DNA of 63,736 bases, filler included, from Octopus bimaculoides (taxonomy: Eukaryota), in the NCBI RefSeq assembly GCF_001194135.2. It is 6 parts of 6 records of this genome, joined end to end, with 100 filler letters (N's around TTAATTAATTAA, not from the genome) between each part and the next. Parts side by side here need not be neighbours in the genome. Positions count along the whole stretch, not along the records: positions 52,802 to 63,736 come from NC_069004.1; 5 more parts are not named here. One strand, written 5' to 3'. Each line of letters opens with the position of its first letter. The first letter of the stretch is position 1. The notes beneath the pieces were generated by a model, which was not told the origin of the DNA, searched no databases, and saw nothing but the letters and a program-made list of their open reading frames with translations. Shown one piece after another: positions 63,101-63,736 of the stretch. The translations under genes were made by a program, and so were the position numbers.

Positions 63101-63736
63101 GCAGCAATAAAAATCTCACTTTTGACACTAAATGTTGCAAAATGCGGCCTCCTGGAACACGGCTCCAACGGCCAAGACAGCAGCTGGGAAACCGCAGGCC
63201 AGACCAGCAAACCAATTTGCTTAGAGAGGAAGTAGTAGTGGTATCCGACTAGATGTCTTGTGTAAGGTCGCCCGGTTCACATCGACTGTTCACATCGCCA
63301 TCTTTTTGCCGACTGTCTTTTTTGCCAACTGATACCACACGTTCTCGTTGCTATCTTCACACTATTTGCTTACGTTGCCAAGTTCACACTATTTTCGTTG
63401 CCAACTAACACCACGCATTCCTTCACCAGTTCAAATCATCCACCTCACAGCAAAGTCACAAAAAAAACCCGGGCAACATGTTTCTAATTAATCACGTAAT
63501 CAAAAACGTTATTTCTCCTTCGTAACAGTGACTTGAATTTTTTTTGAAAAGGATACAAAAAATTGTGACTTAAAAGAGAGAGCACAAAATGACTTTTTTT
63601 CACCTGAAAATATTAACTGTTAATTCCTCTGAATTTCTTCAGAGCAGTATAAAAGGCTATGTGGTCTACATGGACCTCGAAATTTCAAAAAGTGCTAACG
63701 AGTTTGCAGGTTAACAATGTCTTGTGGTCACAATTC

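Noticed and set aside
49017-63736. Upstream integrin exons (PSI, MIDAS DxSxS, PNDG)
   Set aside because: Searched by eye on the minus strand and not found; they lie outside the window or in or across the linker gaps.

Overview
AT-rich, microsatellite-saturated animal genomic DNA with many N gaps. The SINE, LINE and MITE repertoire looks like an octopus (coleoid cephalopod) draft assembly; that species assignment is an inference. The only host gene I can support is an integrin beta subunit on the minus strand. Eight GT-AG exons between 49016 and 40122 splice with consistent phases into 318 aa covering the end of the beta-I domain, the hybrid domain and I-EGF1-4. Its 5' exons (PSI, MIDAS) and 3' exons (beta-tail, TM, NPxY tail) were not found. 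Five 100-bp gaps contain an artificial TTAATTAATTAA linker, so contiguity across them is uncertain. The rest is mobile DNA: a full-length decayed DD34D mariner and its MITEs, a DD37D (maT) remnant, hAT remnants and MITEs, piggyBac-like MITEs, tRNA-derived SINEs, RTE, CR1/Jockey and R4/Dong-like LINE fragments, a Tx1/L1-like ORF1, a gypsy gag-protease remnant and a Penelope-like GIY-YIG endonuclease ORF. The best second-look signals are two families of short repeats carrying minimal type I hammerhead ribozyme motifs, a Tx1-like element joined to a SINE head, several ~150-200 bp fold-back elements (one overlapping a candidate exon) and a 2.5-kb CpG-dense ACGA/ACGT satellite. No rRNA, true tRNA or CRISPR array was seen.
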